Shown: one piece after another, positions 44,737 through 56,980 of the stretch
How the letters are laid out: each line of letters begins with the position of its first letter
Position numbering within the stretch: position 1 is the first letter of the stretch
Assembly: GCA_963825865.1 (NCBI GenBank)
Contig: CAWGVG010000028.1
Location: 1-64,000, forward strand
Length of the DNA stretch: 64,000 nt
Reading direction: 5' to 3'
Source of the DNA: an uncultured Nitrososphaeraceae archaeon
GTDB taxonomy: Archaea; Thermoproteota; Nitrososphaeria; Nitrososphaerales; Nitrososphaeraceae
The notes under the pieces: generated by a model
What the model saw: only the letters and a program-made list of their open reading frames with translations
What the model was told of the DNA's origin: nothing
Database searches by the model: none
Translations under genes and position numbers: made by a program

Positions 44737-45309
44737 CTATCTTTTTATAAGGAGAGCATATATTCCACCCGTACCATAAGCAGTTGATATTAAAATTCTG
44801 GATAGCATTACCGCAATATCATGTCTTGCAATAAATAGAGTTAAGTCAATCTCCAATGCAATAGGAATGGATGCTAAAGAAATCAAACCGACAATCATTT
44901 GCTCACGATTATCAAGCCTGCTATATTTTTTCATGAGTACATAGGTAGAAAAATTACCTAATCCAATTCCAAGTAAAATTAGAAATTGGTATAAAGATGG
45001 AAATAGGGGTATTGCAGCAAAGGGCGCAGCCCAACATAGACCGTTAAGTGCCTTTGCATTCGCAGACCATTTGATGCTATATTTCATTCTACTGCGGACA
45101 GAAGGGATTATCTTGCGGAATCTGCTAAAAATTACACCAAATGTAATGGCGAAAGATGCGAACCAGATGATGGCATAATAATACAAGGGAGCTTTATTAA
45201 TAGATGCAACTTCGCTCAGCACTGAAGCCACACAAACAGCTATGGATACGCCTATGAAAAGAAGCCCAAATCCGTGTCTTACTTCAATTGTCTGTGAGTC
45301 ATTCTGCAA
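44737..45309 (-). CDS. Multi-pass membrane protein
   Basis: About six hydrophobic segments. Confidence 0.75.
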   Translation of the reverse strand: MQNDSQTIEVRHGFGLLFIGVSIAVCVASVLSEVASINKAPLYYYAIIWFASFAITFGVIFSRFRKIIPSVRSRMKYSIKWSANAKALNGLCWAAPFAAIPLFPSLYQFLILLGIGLGNFSTYVLMKKYSRLDNREQMIVGLISLASIPIALEIDLTLFIARHDIAVMLSRILISTAYGTGGIYALLIKR

Positions 45310-45927
45310 GAATGACGAAACTTTCCCTTAACGATAATTTAAAGTATAGTAAAGATTTGTAAGATGAACGCTATTTAAATTACTAATCTAATCTAATGCT
45401 TTGTATGAAGTGGAACAGACTTGACTGATAAGCAAGGTCAGCAAAGGCAACAAGAATCTATGTAATTTATCACGACTAAGGACGATAACTACAAAGTGGG
45501 TAGGTAATCAAGCATGATACGTAACAATGAAAATGGATTGTTTTAGTTGTTACTTTGAATTCATTTCAACAATCTCAAAACCTGTATGCCAAGAATGCGG
45601 TTTTTGCTTTCTTTCTTAACTATTTCTATTGTTGTACCTACTCTTGCATTGTTATCAACACCAAATGCAATAAGGACGTAAAAGATAATAATTAACAAGT
45701 CGGTAAAATGTTGTATTTCAAAGCTAAAATACAGTTAGATTTATCGCCATGTTTACGGAATATAAAATATGCACACTTGTGAATCTTGTGGCAGGGTTAG
45801 GTTTTATTCATTGAACTTTATCTTTTCAAAATCCATATGCAATGAGTGCTACATGTTAATGACAGAGAAAGAAAAGTCAAATGAGAAGTGATATCTGTTG
45901 GATGGCATTAGATATGTTATCCATTCT

Positions 45928-46334
45928 TCATTCCTGTTGGCCCCCACAGTTTCTGCAGAACTTAGAGTCTGCGTTGATTTTAAAACCACACTCAATACAG
46001 AATTTAGTATCAGTATCGGGCTCTGGAATTTCTCCGGTCATTTTTGACGAAGTCATCTGAGAGGTTGTTCCACCATACATCTCCGTAACTGCACCAGAAG
46101 GCTTAAAGGTATCGTCGGTATCGGGCATTAAATCAGAGAGTTCCTTGCCTCTACCACCACCTTTCTCTTCGATATAAAGCATTAGCCGGGAGCTTGCTCT
46201 TTGGTTCCAGGATTGTTGACCTGTTCACCTAGCCATATAACAAATTTCTTTAGTGTCATCTCGGGAGTGGAAAAAGTAAGTGTATGGGTAGACATGTATT
46301 CTTCAGTTGCTGATCTACCATTAAAAACTTTCAT
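45928..46334 (-). CDS. Zinc-ribbon domain protein (frameshift near 46185)
   Basis: MKVFNGRSATEEYM start joined to FCIECG...FCRNCG. Confidence 0.8.
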
Positions 46335-46366
46335 CGATAGAGATAATATAGTTATGTGACTTTTAA

Positions 46367-46897
46367 TTATTGCGAATTACCACATTTACTACAAAATTTG
46401 GCTTGCTTAGGGATTGCCGATCCACATACAGTGCAACTTTTAGTTGTTGTTTCATTATTGTATGTAGAAGATCGTCTAACGTCTATGTCTATTGGCTTGA
46501 ACGTGGGTTCCTGTTGCTGTGGCTGATGTGGTTTGGGCATAGTATATTCTTCTTCCACATCCACAGATCTGCCAGTACCTTGAAGGAGATCAATACCATT
46601 ACTACCCTGATCAGTATCAGTAGAAGGAGAAGCCATTTCGTCATTAGCATTTTTCATTGGTGCTCTCTTGTCCTTCGCGGCTTTCATTTCTAAAATTACT
46701 CGAATAGCAAGGAAATTCATTGCAGACATCGCGACTATGTAATCACCAATTGAAGCAAAGAATTCTTTTTCGTTCACTTTTCTTTGCTTGTACAACTCAT
46801 TCGAATCGATAAATGACTCGTATTGATCTTGGATATCACTAATTATTCGCTTCAATTTCTCAGTTAGCTCTTGGAGAGTATCTGCTTCAAAAGTCAT
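46367..46897 (-). CDS. Zinc-ribbon domain protein
   Basis: C-terminal CTVCG...FCSKCG. Confidence 0.85.
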   Translation of the reverse strand: MTFEADTLQELTEKLKRIISDIQDQYESFIDSNELYKQRKVNEKEFFASIGDYIVAMSAMNFLAIRVILEMKAAKDKRAPMKNANDEMASPSTDTDQGSNGIDLLQGTGRSVDVEEEYTMPKPHQPQQQEPTFKPIDIDVRRSSTYNNETTTKSCTVCGSAIPKQAKFCSKCGNSQ

Positions 46898-47337
46898 TGT
46901 TAAAGATGGGCATCACGGACTTAATAATACTTTTAGCATTGCATGAAATGTTCGTTATTTTTATACTATTGTCAAATTGAATACATAAACTAACTGATTT
47001 TTATTCTTATGAGTTATGAGAAGACAATAATGAATTTTTCACTTATAAGATTTAGTGATAAAGAATCTTGCGTGAATATAGAATGCAATTACAACAATAT
47101 TTAGACAAGACCACTAAAAGCAAAGAAAGCGAAGGATGGTGTGTATCAGAGTATTAATAATTGATTGACTAGACTTTACCTCCATGTTTGATAGGTTGGA
47201 TAGCCAGCAGAGTATTGTATTACACATCTAAAAATAATACCGTCAATGGAATTAGTATCTAATATAGAATATGACAAATGCAGTAATACAAATAACCTAT
47301 TAATATAGATATGTTCAAGCTGACGGCAGCCTATGAT

Positions 47338-47412
47338 GGAGGGATAGTCTAGATTGGTATGGATACCTGCCTTACACGCAGGTGGTCGTGGGTTCAAATC
47401 CCATTCCCTCCA
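47338..47412 (+). tRNA. tRNA-Val(TAC)
   Basis: Acceptor GGAGGGA/TCCCTCC, anticodon arm CCTGC-CTTACAC-GCAGG, T arm GTGGG-TTCAAAT-CCCAT. Confidence 0.96.
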
Positions 47413-47496
47413 CTTTGTTCATGGTTTTACACAAAAACTTCAATAATATATATGCACAATCTTGGGATTTAAAGTATTAGGATAAAAAATCTGCCC

Positions 47497-47688
47497 ATGT
47501 TTGATGCCTCCAACAAAACAACCAACATACGACTTCAAAATCTGATCATATACGGTAAACAGATGTCTAATCTAGTCAATCTTATGAAGAATGAACAAGC
47601 GTATATCAATATTCACACACCACATAACGTGAAATTCGCGGACCGATATACCAGTGCGAACGACAACAACGAACCGGATGACAGATAA
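47497..47688 (+). pseudogene. CHRD-domain remnant
   Basis: LVNLMKNEQAYINIHT resembles the CHRD C-terminal motif; truncated. Confidence 0.45.
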
Positions 47689-47838
47689 TAAATATTAGCT
47701 TACAACGTCTTCTATTAATTCTATAACATTCACCTAAAAAATGATTCTTCATATACATTATATTCAAGATTTATTAATAGATGATCCATTTTATGGATAA
47801 CATTCATAGCCAGTTTAAGCATTGATATTATCGCCCCT

Positions 47839-48655
47839 TTGGTTGAAGACGATCCATTCTCTGACTGGTCAGAACTTGTACACCAGCCAGTATACTCTAT
47901 TGATGGAAAAAAACTTGGTTTTCTCAGAAAAACTATCTCAGAGTATATTATTGTCGGACGAGGCCTTATTAATTTAACAAAATATTTTATCCCGAAATCA
48001 CTGGCTGAATCAACAAGCAAAAAAGGGATCAGACTAAAAATTACAGCCTACGAAGCACGTTCAAAGTATTCATACGCAAAAATGAAAAATGTCGTTACTA
48101 CTTTCGAATTTCTCCCAAAATCTGCAATAGATCATAGGGTATTCTATGATAGATTCCAGACTCTGCGATATAGCACTACCAGAAATAGGTTGGCAGCAGC
48201 CATTGGGTTTATTTCTGGAATTCTCTTTTTGATTTCAGGTTACAAGGCAAACTTGGCAATTTACCATTTAATCAGAGAAGAGATTGTCATATACACCGCC
48301 AAGGACCTCTTGACGTATGCCTTAATTCCAGTTGGTATCCTAGCCATATTGAGCCAGCTTGGAGGAGTTACTGTATTGATGGGAGCAGGATTATTTGCTG
48401 TAAATAGGGTAAATCTCGGAAAATTTTTAGTGATGATTGGAACAGGCCAGGGATTATTCACTATTGGTTTACGTATATTGTCAGAGTTGTGGTCTGGCAG
48501 ATTAGCACTCGAAAATAATTATATTACATGGCTGACATCATCTGCCAGCAGGATTGGGGATATTGTTTGCGTTGGTATCACAATCAATTTCAAAAGGAAA
48601 AGATGATAGTGTTACCTATAGGGCAATAAGGTTTGCATTCAGAAGGAAGAAATAG
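47839..48655 (+). CDS. PRC-barrel-like N-terminus fused to a membrane domain (frameshift near 48550)
   Basis: PVYSIDGKKLG...KYFIPK followed by four TM segments. Confidence 0.7.
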
Positions 48656-48743
48656 ATGAGAATACTGACGAAAACAAATTCCATATCTATCTCATGTGTT
48701 GCAATGATTGAGGAGCGCAGGGTGGTTTGCATATATCTTGCTA

Positions 48744-50214
48744 TTAAACATCGGCATACATAGAAAATTCGTGAGGATGTGGTCTTACTGCTACCTCATT
48801 ATGTTCTTTGGCTTCATACTCGATTATGATGTCGATAGTATCATTGCCGAAGATTGGCTCTAGGAACGCCCTGTCGCTCTTTAACCCTTCAGATGCTTCT
48901 CTCAAACTTGCAGGGGGCTGCTTGATTCCGAGTTCTCTTCTTTTATTTGGAGTCATTTTAAAAATATCTTCATCGACAGGGGTGTTTATTGCCTTTTTCT
49001 TCTTGATGCCATCTAGACCAGCAGCAACTATTGCAGAGAATGCAAGATATGGATTACAGGAGGGGTCAGGAGGCTCTGAAATTCAATTCTCTTCATATTG
49101 GCGAATTTTTGTCCCTTGAAATGAGATGGAATTCTTATTATTGCGGACCTGTTCCCTGTACCTCCACGCAATATATACTGGAGCCTCATAACCAGGTACA
49201 AGTCTTCTGTATGAATTAGTAGTGGGAGCAACAATAGCCAGCCAGAGCATAGGCGTGGTCTATGATACCACCACCAAAATAACGAGCGATTTCTGACATT
49301 TCTGCATACTCGTCGCTCGCATCAAAAAAGGAGTTCTTTTTGTTGTTCCATAGACTAACATTGACATGCATACCCGAGCCGTTATCCAGTGCAATTGGTT
49401 TTGGCATCATTGTAGCGATCATATTATGTTTTTTTGCGATGTTTTTGACAATATGCTTGTAACTCTGTACAGAGTCGGCTGCATTAACAAGAGTATCATA
49501 TCTGATATCTATTTCACATTGGCCTGCTGTTGCAACTTCATGATGATGGGCTTCGCAAATAATACCAAAATTATTACTTAAAACGTCTACACATTCATTA
49601 CGATAATCCATCAGACTGTCACCTGGAGCACTTGGGAGATAACCTTCTTTTAATCTCAAGGAATAGCCTACACTATCGCTAGACCAGGGTGATTCCCTCG
49701 AAGTTATGTTGTAGCTCTGGCCTTGATAGGGCGTCATGGTATTTACTTCGAGTTTATCAAAAACAAAGAATTCGATTTCAGGCCCCCAATATGAAGTGTC
49801 AAATCCTTGCTCACGAACGTATATCTCTGCCCGCGTGGCAATCCCTCTAGGGTCACGAGGAAATGAGTCCCTTTTATGACCGGCACTCAAAATATCGCAC
49901 ATTAGTCTTGCAGTATGATCTTTTTCAATCCAGGGAATAGTCGCATAAGTTGAGGGGTCAGGCCGAATAATCAAATCTGATTCATGAATTTCTGTAAAGC
50001 CTCGAATAGAAGAACCATCGAGCTTTGGCAGGCCATTATAAAAGTCTTCCATACGAAGCATATTAGCTGGCATAGTAGTGTGGTGAAATCTTCCTGTGAG
50101 ACCAGTAAACTGCAAATCGAGAAACTTGATCTTATCATCCTTTAACTTTTGCATAACCTCGTCTGGAGTGAAGGTCAAGGGTTCCATGTCGCCATCAATT
50201 ACTTTATAAGGCAA
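48744..50214 (-). CDS. glnA: Glutamine synthetase type I (frameshifts near 49230 and 49075)
   Basis: [54 protein letters not shown]. Confidence 0.95.
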
Positions 50215-50316
50215 GTAAGATATCTCTTATCATAGGACACTAAAAGCCTATAATTTAAGCTTATCAGGAGGGTCTATGAGAGAAGGAAAAAGGCTTGGAT
50301 GGTGTGAAATAGTAAA

Positions 50317-50949
50317 ATGGTTACAGCAGTAAGAAAAGAAGACCAAGAAGTAAAAACAAAAAACAATAATAACAGTACCGAATCGATCAAAGATGCATAC
50401 AATTTATTATTAAAGGAAGTCCAAATCCCTACACTACAATCTATACCACCTGACACTTATCAAAAGATCGCCACCATTCTTGGGAGCCTGAAAGCTCAAG
50501 GATACGAAGGGATGGAAGCAAAGATCCGAGATAGAATGGCAGAACTGATATGTCTATCTGCCAAACTCCTGCTTGAAATCAGGCATCAAAAGCTAATAGA
50601 GTATCAACAAGGTGAGTCATTATCTTCAACAACACCAATGATAGATTATTCAAAACTTACCGATGAGGAAAAATATATCTTAGATGGAGAAAAAGAATCT
50701 GAGAAGAGGAAAAATGCTGTACTTGCTGCTACTATCAAAGGCAGACCAAAAGTTTTGGAATCAATTTCAACAAATATTCGTTCCAAAGAAATTATTGTCA
50801 GATTTATCAAACCAATGGAGCGATTTATGGGTATAAATACGGCAACATACGGTCCGTTTCAGGAAGAAGACGTTGCTGTACTGCCATTTGAAAATGCACG
50901 ATCTTTGATAGAGAATGGTAAAGCAGTAGAAATACATGTTGCTCTATAG
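50317..50949 (+). CDS. DNA replication complex GINS subunit (Gins15/51-type)
   Basis: LQSIPPDTY, LTDEEK, YGPFQEEDVAVLPFENARSLIENG. Confidence 0.85.
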   Translation: MVTAVRKEDQEVKTKNNNNSTESIKDAYNLLLKEVQIPTLQSIPPDTYQKIATILGSLKAQGYEGMEAKIRDRMAELICLSAKLLLEIRHQKLIEYQQGESLSSTTPMIDYSKLTDEEKYILDGEKESEKRKNAVLAATIKGRPKVLESISTNIRSKEIIVRFIKPMERFMGINTATYGPFQEEDVAVLPFENARSLIENGKAVEIHVAL

Positions 50950-51005
50950 TAACAAATGAAAGATAAAATAGTGTTTATTAATGGCTGGAATGCCAAGATA
51001 TCGTA

Positions 51006-51317
51006 TTGACTCATAATGGAATAGATATTGATCAATATATTTTGTTCACTATCTATCCAAGCAGTGTGTTCTTTGGATTAGGACTCATTGCGAAAAGAAA
51101 CCAAATGCGGGGATCTGTTAAGTATGCTTTACAGGCATTAACATGCATTATATTTTCAATAGTTTATTTTGTGGCCGTGCCAAATGGCGGAGCATACGGG
51201 CTTGCAATAGTGTTAGCAGCATTTGGTGCACTTCTATTCTTTATGGCAAGAAAATATATGATACATCCAGAAGAAGGACAGGAAGGTCAAACTACCACTT
51301 CAACCAAAGAAATTTAA
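51006..51317 (+). CDS. Small 3-TM membrane protein
   Basis: Three hydrophobic segments. Confidence 0.7.
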   Translation: MTHNGIDIDQYILFTIYPSSVFFGLGLIAKRNQMRGSVKYALQALTCIIFSIVYFVAVPNGGAYGLAIVLAAFGALLFFMARKYMIHPEEGQEGQTTTSTKEI

Positions 51318-51622
51318 AAACAATAGATATTGGTTCTTTACAAAATACTTGCATAAAGTCATAAAAGTATGTCTATATCAATTGTGGTCTACAATTAAAT
51401 GGCCTGCTGCTGTAATGTTGACTGATAATTAATTGCATTTATGATATTGCTCTATAACAGGTCATTTTGTTATTTCCAGATGGTAAGAAAAAGAGTTTTG
51501 TTGTTTTGTTGTTTGTTGTTGTACACCATCAAGATATCATTGCTTGAGAACACCATCAAACTCATCCATGAACTACTTCAATAAATAGTAGTGTTTGCAT
51601 ATAATGTCTATTATTCATTTAC

Positions 51623-52147
51623 CTATGTCTCTCGGCCTTGACTGATAAGAGATGTCCAAGGTTTCAAAAGATCAAGATTTAATTTTATTAGCGTGATCTT
51701 TGCTTCATTTAGCAATTGTGTTCCATCTTCTGGATAGTCAGCAAGCACAACGATTCTTCTGATACCTACACTAATTACCATCTTGCTGCATTCGATACAC
51801 GGAGCAAAAGTAGAGTATAACGTAGCGTCCTTTGTGCTTCCCGCATTTCCAAACAATGCGCATTGCATTATTGCGTTTGCCTCTGCATGAGTGCATAAAC
51901 ATCTATCCAGACCTTCACCTGACTTGACTCTCCCTTTCATTCTAAGCATACATCTCGGACATCCGCCTTCAAAACAGTTTTTGATACCAGCAGGAGTGCC
52001 ATTATAGCCAGTTGCTATTTGCCTATTGTCCTTTACAATTACCGCACCGATATGTCTTGTAAGACAATTTGAACGAAGCTTTGCTATCTCTGCCTGAAGC
52101 ATAAAATAAGTATCCCAATCTGGTCTGTGCATTCTATAACTAATCAA
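51623..52147 (-). CDS. dCMP deaminase family protein
   Basis: RPDWDTYFM, TGYNGTP, HAEANAI, PCIEC. Confidence 0.95.
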   Translation of the reverse strand: MISYRMHRPDWDTYFMLQAEIAKLRSNCLTRHIGAVIVKDNRQIATGYNGTPAGIKNCFEGGCPRCMLRMKGRVKSGEGLDRCLCTHAEANAIMQCALFGNAGSTKDATLYSTFAPCIECSKMVISVGIRRIVVLADYPEDGTQLLNEAKITLIKLNLDLLKPWTSLISQGRET

Positions 52148-52384
52148 ATACTAATTATTATAAAAATCGTTAAACTTATTGTTAATAATATTTAAAATAG
52201 GCCTAACTGGAGTTATAATCTCAAGTCGGATAATGTGTTACATGATCATTTTTGATATAGTTCCAAATGCTTTGAATTCTATTCACTTTTTGCACACACC
52301 TGTTTTTTGATTCGAGATACCAAAATATTAAAAAGAAATATTATTAGCAAAATTGTATTCTTATAAGTCTTTTTTTGACATTCA

Positions 52385-53020
52385 TTACTTATATAACTTA
52401 AATGAATCGGTCATTTTTTGTATAGTAGGTAAATAACTTGAATATTTTGTTGCATCCGCTGTGTATGAAATGAAGTATAATTTATGATCTTTGATCGTCA
52501 AAAGTTCCATTGTTCTAGCTATCCCTATCTCTGCATTACTGTAGGTGTATATTACCTTACGTGCTGGATTATCTGAAAGAGTGGCTGAAGCTGATTCAAT
52601 AAGTTCAAAACTCGGCAAAGATCGTCGTGAACTAATCTGTGTGTTGGTATACTGATCTAGAGATATATTCTGAGACTTTAAATCTCCTACTTCTATTATG
52701 AGATATTCTCTAAATGTATCAGAAGAGCCTTCTAGCGGTGAGACAAAATTAACAATAATATTCCGATGCCCTTCTTCGATTCCTTGATCGAATTCAACCT
52801 TTTCCCAATTTGGAGGGTACTGTATCCTAAATGCATAAGTAGGATTTTCATATGCCAATAAATTGCTTGATGTTGTCTTCTGTGCCATTGCTTTTTGTAG
52901 AGAAATGGAATTGGCGATAATTGACGGCGATAAAGGAGAAAAAATTGATAGTGCGAGCATGATCATACTATATAACGATGAAAATGTAACGATGGGTCTA
53001 TGTTGTTGTTTTTTATACAA
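52385..53020 (-). CDS. PsbP-like secreted protein
   Basis: Signal peptide, YENPTYAFRIQYPPNW, YLPTIQKMTDSF. Confidence 0.85.
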   Translation of the reverse strand: MYKKQQHRPIVTFSSLYSMIMLALSIFSPLSPSIIANSISLQKAMAQKTTSSNLLAYENPTYAFRIQYPPNWEKVEFDQGIEEGHRNIIVNFVSPLEGSSDTFREYLIIEVGDLKSQNISLDQYTNTQISSRRSLPSFELIESASATLSDNPARKVIYTYSNAEIGIARTMELLTIKDHKLYFISYTADATKYSSYLPTIQKMTDSFKLYK

Positions 53021-53309
53021 AGAGTGGTAATAATTGTATTTTATGTCTTGGTTATTTTGAGTTTCTGTATGAGAAATATAATCATTCTGTAAATTTGGAA
53101 GTTGGATGATGAATTACAAGAACTTTCATCATGCACGTCTTACTGTTATAACCAAACAGCTTAATGACGTAGTATTCTAAAAATTAGCGAGTTGATATTT
53201 CTTAGAAATGCCTATTTGATGACAGTATTGAGTTTCGGATGGTAAAGGCCTATAATGCTGATCAAATTGATAAATCAATGATAAATACTCGTTTATAATC
53301 AGAAGTAAA

Positions 53310-53553
53310 ATGATAATGGATAAAAATAATAATGACAATGAACAACAGAAAAGAGTAAAGCAATTAAATCAGGAAATTATGATGATTTTTGAGAAACGTG
53401 CTGCATCTTTTGGCTATGCTTCCGCTGCATTATTAAGCGTAATGTATTTTATTTCTGAAAGATATACAAAGGAGCATCTAGAGTAAAGCGATGTTGTTAG
53501 AATATTTTAGAACTGAATTTGATAGGTTTTTGAATAAGCTTGCTGAACAATGA
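53310..53553 (+). pseudogene. Small hypothetical ORF with in-frame stop
   Basis: MIMDKNNN...KEHLE*SDVVRIFRTEFDRFLNKLAEQ*. Confidence 0.35.
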
Positions 53554-53969
53554 AGTTATCATGAATCTGCTAGGGAAGATAAGATGAAGAAATTACCGGA
53601 TACTCTGTGTCTGGTAAGAAAGGGTGTTGTTCTTATGCACCCGTATGCTTGCTAATTAGCCATAGATAAGAGTAAGGAAAGCTTTTTCAAAATACAGAAA
53701 AAAAGAGCTGACATCTGCGGCCTGAATACTTTTAGACCTTTTTCATTCGTAAAGTGTATGTGATTACTTTCTCTGCACTTTCATTAGTAAGGCCTATTTA
53801 GTTGGAATATCGCTTCTCTACTGTAAATGCTGATCCAATTTTTGTCATTGCTCTCCAATTTATATTTGAACCCTCTGGATGATTCTTCTATTTCGAGACC
53901 TATATGGGAAGAAAATAATGCGGAATCTAGATCTCCTGTTATCTTTAGCTAGCAACACTTTAAAGTCTA

Positions 53970-54794
53970 TTGCTTGATTTAAATTTAATGATATCATCGC
54001 GAGCTGGAATCAATGTAGTCTATTCCTCTGCCAATTTACCACAATTACCGTCTCCTTATTTGATTTGCGGTTTTCCAGGTAGTGGATATGTTGGGAAGAT
54101 GGCAGTCGACCATTTGATTCAAGAGCTTGATGCAAAACATGTGGCTGATATTTATTCGACTTCTTTTCCTCCCCAGGTGATGATTAGGGCTGATGGAACG
54201 GCAGACCTCATGAAAAATAGTATTTTTTATTCAAAGGGTACTGCTTCCTCTGATGCCAGTCTTCTATTACTTACCGGAGATTCACAACCTGCAAATCCTG
54301 ATTCTGAATATACTCTAGCCGAAGAGATTCTGGACATAGCCGCTAAATTTAATACACAAAAAGTCTTTACTTTGGCAGCATACATTACCGGTGTCTTTGT
54401 AGATAAGCCACGCATTTTTGGAACTGCTACTGATGCCGATATTGTAAAAGCGTTTCGCGAACAAAATGTGTCGGCAATGGATGGTGGTAGTATAACAGGT
54501 ATGAATGGACTCATTATTGGTGTTGCAAAACTTCGTGGAATGAAAGGTACCTGCCTATTAGGAGAAACATCTGGATATGTAGTTGATGCCAAGGCTTCTA
54601 AGTCTATTTTGGAAGCTTTGCTTCCAATGATGGGTGTCAAGATAGATATGACTAGCCTTGAAAAGAGAGCAAAAGATACCGAAATGTTAATCCAAACTAT
54701 AGAACAACAAATGGCCGGAAGAGCAGGAAGAGTATTGGAAGGTCAACAAACTACCATGCCGCATAAACCAGCAGATACAGGTTATATTAGCTAA
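53970..54794 (+). CDS. PAC2 (proteasome assembly chaperone) family protein
   Basis: GFPGSGYVGK, LLTGDSQP, GMNGLIIG, CLLGETSGY. Confidence 0.92.
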   Translation: MLDLNLMISSRAGINVVYSSANLPQLPSPYLICGFPGSGYVGKMAVDHLIQELDAKHVADIYSTSFPPQVMIRADGTADLMKNSIFYSKGTASSDASLLLLTGDSQPANPDSEYTLAEEILDIAAKFNTQKVFTLAAYITGVFVDKPRIFGTATDADIVKAFREQNVSAMDGGSITGMNGLIIGVAKLRGMKGTCLLGETSGYVVDAKASKSILEALLPMMGVKIDMTSLEKRAKDTEMLIQTIEQQMAGRAGRVLEGQQTTMPHKPADTGYIS

Positions 54795-55023
54795 CTACAT
54801 AATTAATCTACCTGGCATAACTATGGGATTGGTCGTTTTATTTTTAAAGTGTGTCTTGGATATTGTTCTAATAGAGAATACTAATCAATGTAGATCTGAT
54901 AGATGTCGAGATAATGATTTCGAACGTACTAATATTGAATTCGTTTGAATGTATTTGCAGTTTTGACTAGTGCTATACTGGATTTAGCAGTCTATTTTTT
55001 AAAATCAGTCAAAAGATAATAAT

Positions 55024-55329
55024 CTACAGTTTTTTCAGTTTGCCGTATCTTCCTATATTTAAACTATTTTCTCCGCGAAATGCCTGAGTATATCCATTCT
55101 CAACAGAGACTTTATCACCCTGTTTTACCATATTGATTTGCTCATCCCATAAAGAAAGCTTAATACTTCCAGTTTCGTCTGAAATGGTGGCATCTGCAAC
55201 CTGGGCCGTACCACCTGTTCTAAGATTAACTGTTCTTGGTTCTGTAAGACTATTGATGTTTCCTATTACGCTAACTCCCCGCATTCCTGTTTTCAGCTCG
55301 CCGATCTTCATTTTCTCGTACAAATTCAT
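55024..55329 (-). CDS. Single-stranded DNA-binding protein (single OB fold)
   Basis: DETGSIKLSLWD, ENGY...LNIGRYG. Confidence 0.9.
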   Translation of the reverse strand: MNLYEKMKIGELKTGMRGVSVIGNINSLTEPRTVNLRTGGTAQVADATISDETGSIKLSLWDEQINMVKQGDKVSVENGYTQAFRGENSLNIGRYGKLKKL

Positions 55330-55355
55330 CTTATTGTTATAATAAAGGTTCTGGA

Positions 55356-55495
55356 TTACATGCTGCTTGTCATCATGGACTGGCCGAATCAGTACATACT
55401 AGTCTTATTCCAGCAATCGTCTTTTCCCTAATCTCGTGGATGGTTTTCGAGTGACACTTTGTGCATAATTTATAGACTATTTCTGGTTTCGGCAT
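55356..55495 (-). CDS. Small Zn-ribbon protein (probable frameshift)
   Basis: MPKPEIVYKLCTKCHSKTIH...LVCTD. Confidence 0.45.
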
Positions 55496-55744
55496 ATATC
55501 GTAGTTACACCTTATAAAAGGTAACAATTACTTTAACTTTAAGATAAATCATCTAAGATGGTGAAGTATTGTTGATGCTTTGGTATGACATTGCTGAGAT
55601 TTATTGTACCGAGAACATATATGCTGGTTAATAAAATCGAAGTCTAATTACCTAGACTAATGGTGATGGTGATTATGATAGCAACAATTTTCGACCCTAT
55701 TAATAGTAACTATGAAATAAGGATTCAGAGACAAAGCGCTTAGT

Positions 55745-55873
55745 GGAGGGGTAGCGAAGCCTGGTTAAACGCGCAGGACTCAAGATTTCATATAAATATT
55801 CTGCGTAAGAGGGGAATTGTTATGGGTAATCCCGTCCCTTAGGGGTTCGTGGGTTCGAATCCCACCTCCTCCA
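55745..55873 (+). tRNA. tRNA-Leu(CAA) with 44-nt canonical intron (55785-55828)
   Basis: Acceptor GGAGGGG/CTCCTCC, long variable arm, T arm GTGGG-TTCGAAT-CCCAC, BHB motif CTCA-AG^A / TGGG-TA^A. Confidence 0.92.
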
Positions 55874-56281
55874 CATAAACATTAGATTATAGTTACTGGA
55901 CCACTCCAAAGGTGCACTATTACAAGATTTTGAAACCTTACAAATACAGGAGTTAAAATCTTCTTTTACCAATGATAATTGCAGGAGATAGAAATAAGCG
56001 AGACCGGTTATTATATTAGGAATTCAAAACAAGGCCTATGAATCATAAAGTTGATGGAAAATGGACGAAAAATTCAGATCTAAGAAACGCTTTTTTATCG
56101 TGCTTTTAAGTTAAACAAGAGGTGTTAAATCAATAAACCAGAGTCTTTATGATAATCATTCAGACTAAACGCAATTTGTCATAGATAGGCCTAAATAATA
56201 AACAAAATTATGCTGCTATTCTTCTTGTGGTTGCCGTTTTCTTCAAAATTCTTAAATTAGATATTTTTTACTTTATACTTT

Positions 56282-56527
56282 ATGGAAGAAAATAGCAAGG
56301 AAATTACTGATTGGCAGGCTTTAGTAAACAAGCCTGTCTATAGTAGCGATGGAAAAGAAGTAGGAATTGTTTCTTCAGTTCAACCAGAAAAGCTTGTGGT
56401 ATCATACGGACCATTAACTCCTGATAAATACCTTATTCCAAAATCGTCTATTAAGAACTTTGACAATGGGATAGTATATTTAAATGAATCTTCAGAGTTT
56501 GTTGAAATCAACTACCAATTCGAATAA
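56282..56527 (+). CDS. PRC-barrel domain protein
   Basis: LVNKPVYSSDGKEVG...YLIPKS. Confidence 0.8.
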   Translation: MEENSKEITDWQALVNKPVYSSDGKEVGIVSSVQPEKLVVSYGPLTPDKYLIPKSSIKNFDNGIVYLNESSEFVEINYQFE

Positions 56528-56683
56528 AATAATAAACGGTTAAAAGAAATAGTTTCCATTCATCGTTTACTATGGTCGAAAAAGCTGACAAGGCCCCAAC
56601 CGTAACATCATCATCATCAGCAGCAAAGTTAAAGTCAAGTTATCAAAGCCTCATTCACGAAGGCAGCAACCCTCTTCCCAAAA

Positions 56684-56980
56684 ATGGATCAAAAGTTATT
56701 GTTGGATATTCTACAATTTGAAACCACCTACAATGATTGGGAGGGCAGTGTGATGCTCAAAGTAGTTTATCCTGCCGACAAAGTTGATTTGGATTCTAAA
56801 AAAGATTGGATATATAAAAAGTACGAACGTGTACCATCTGTAGAAGAAGGTAGGACGCTTAGATTCAAAGCAATACGCATGTATATTGAAGAGATCGAGA
56901 AATTGTTGAATGAAGACCAGGAAATAGAATATGTTACTGGTTCAGCAACATTGACCCCTTCAGACGCCTATTCAGCATAA
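56684..56980 (+). CDS. Hypothetical protein
   Basis: 98-aa clean ORF. Confidence 0.7.
   Translation: MDQKLLLDILQFETTYNDWEGSVMLKVVYPADKVDLDSKKDWIYKKYERVPSVEEGRTLRFKAIRMYIEEIEKLLNEDQEIEYVTGSATLTPSDAYSA

Noticed and set aside
47176-47397. 73-aa ORF overlapping tRNA-Val
   Set aside because: Antisense to the tRNA; spurious.
47338-55873. tRNAs as integration sites
   Set aside because: No duplicated tRNA 3' ends or integrase seen next to either tRNA in this window.
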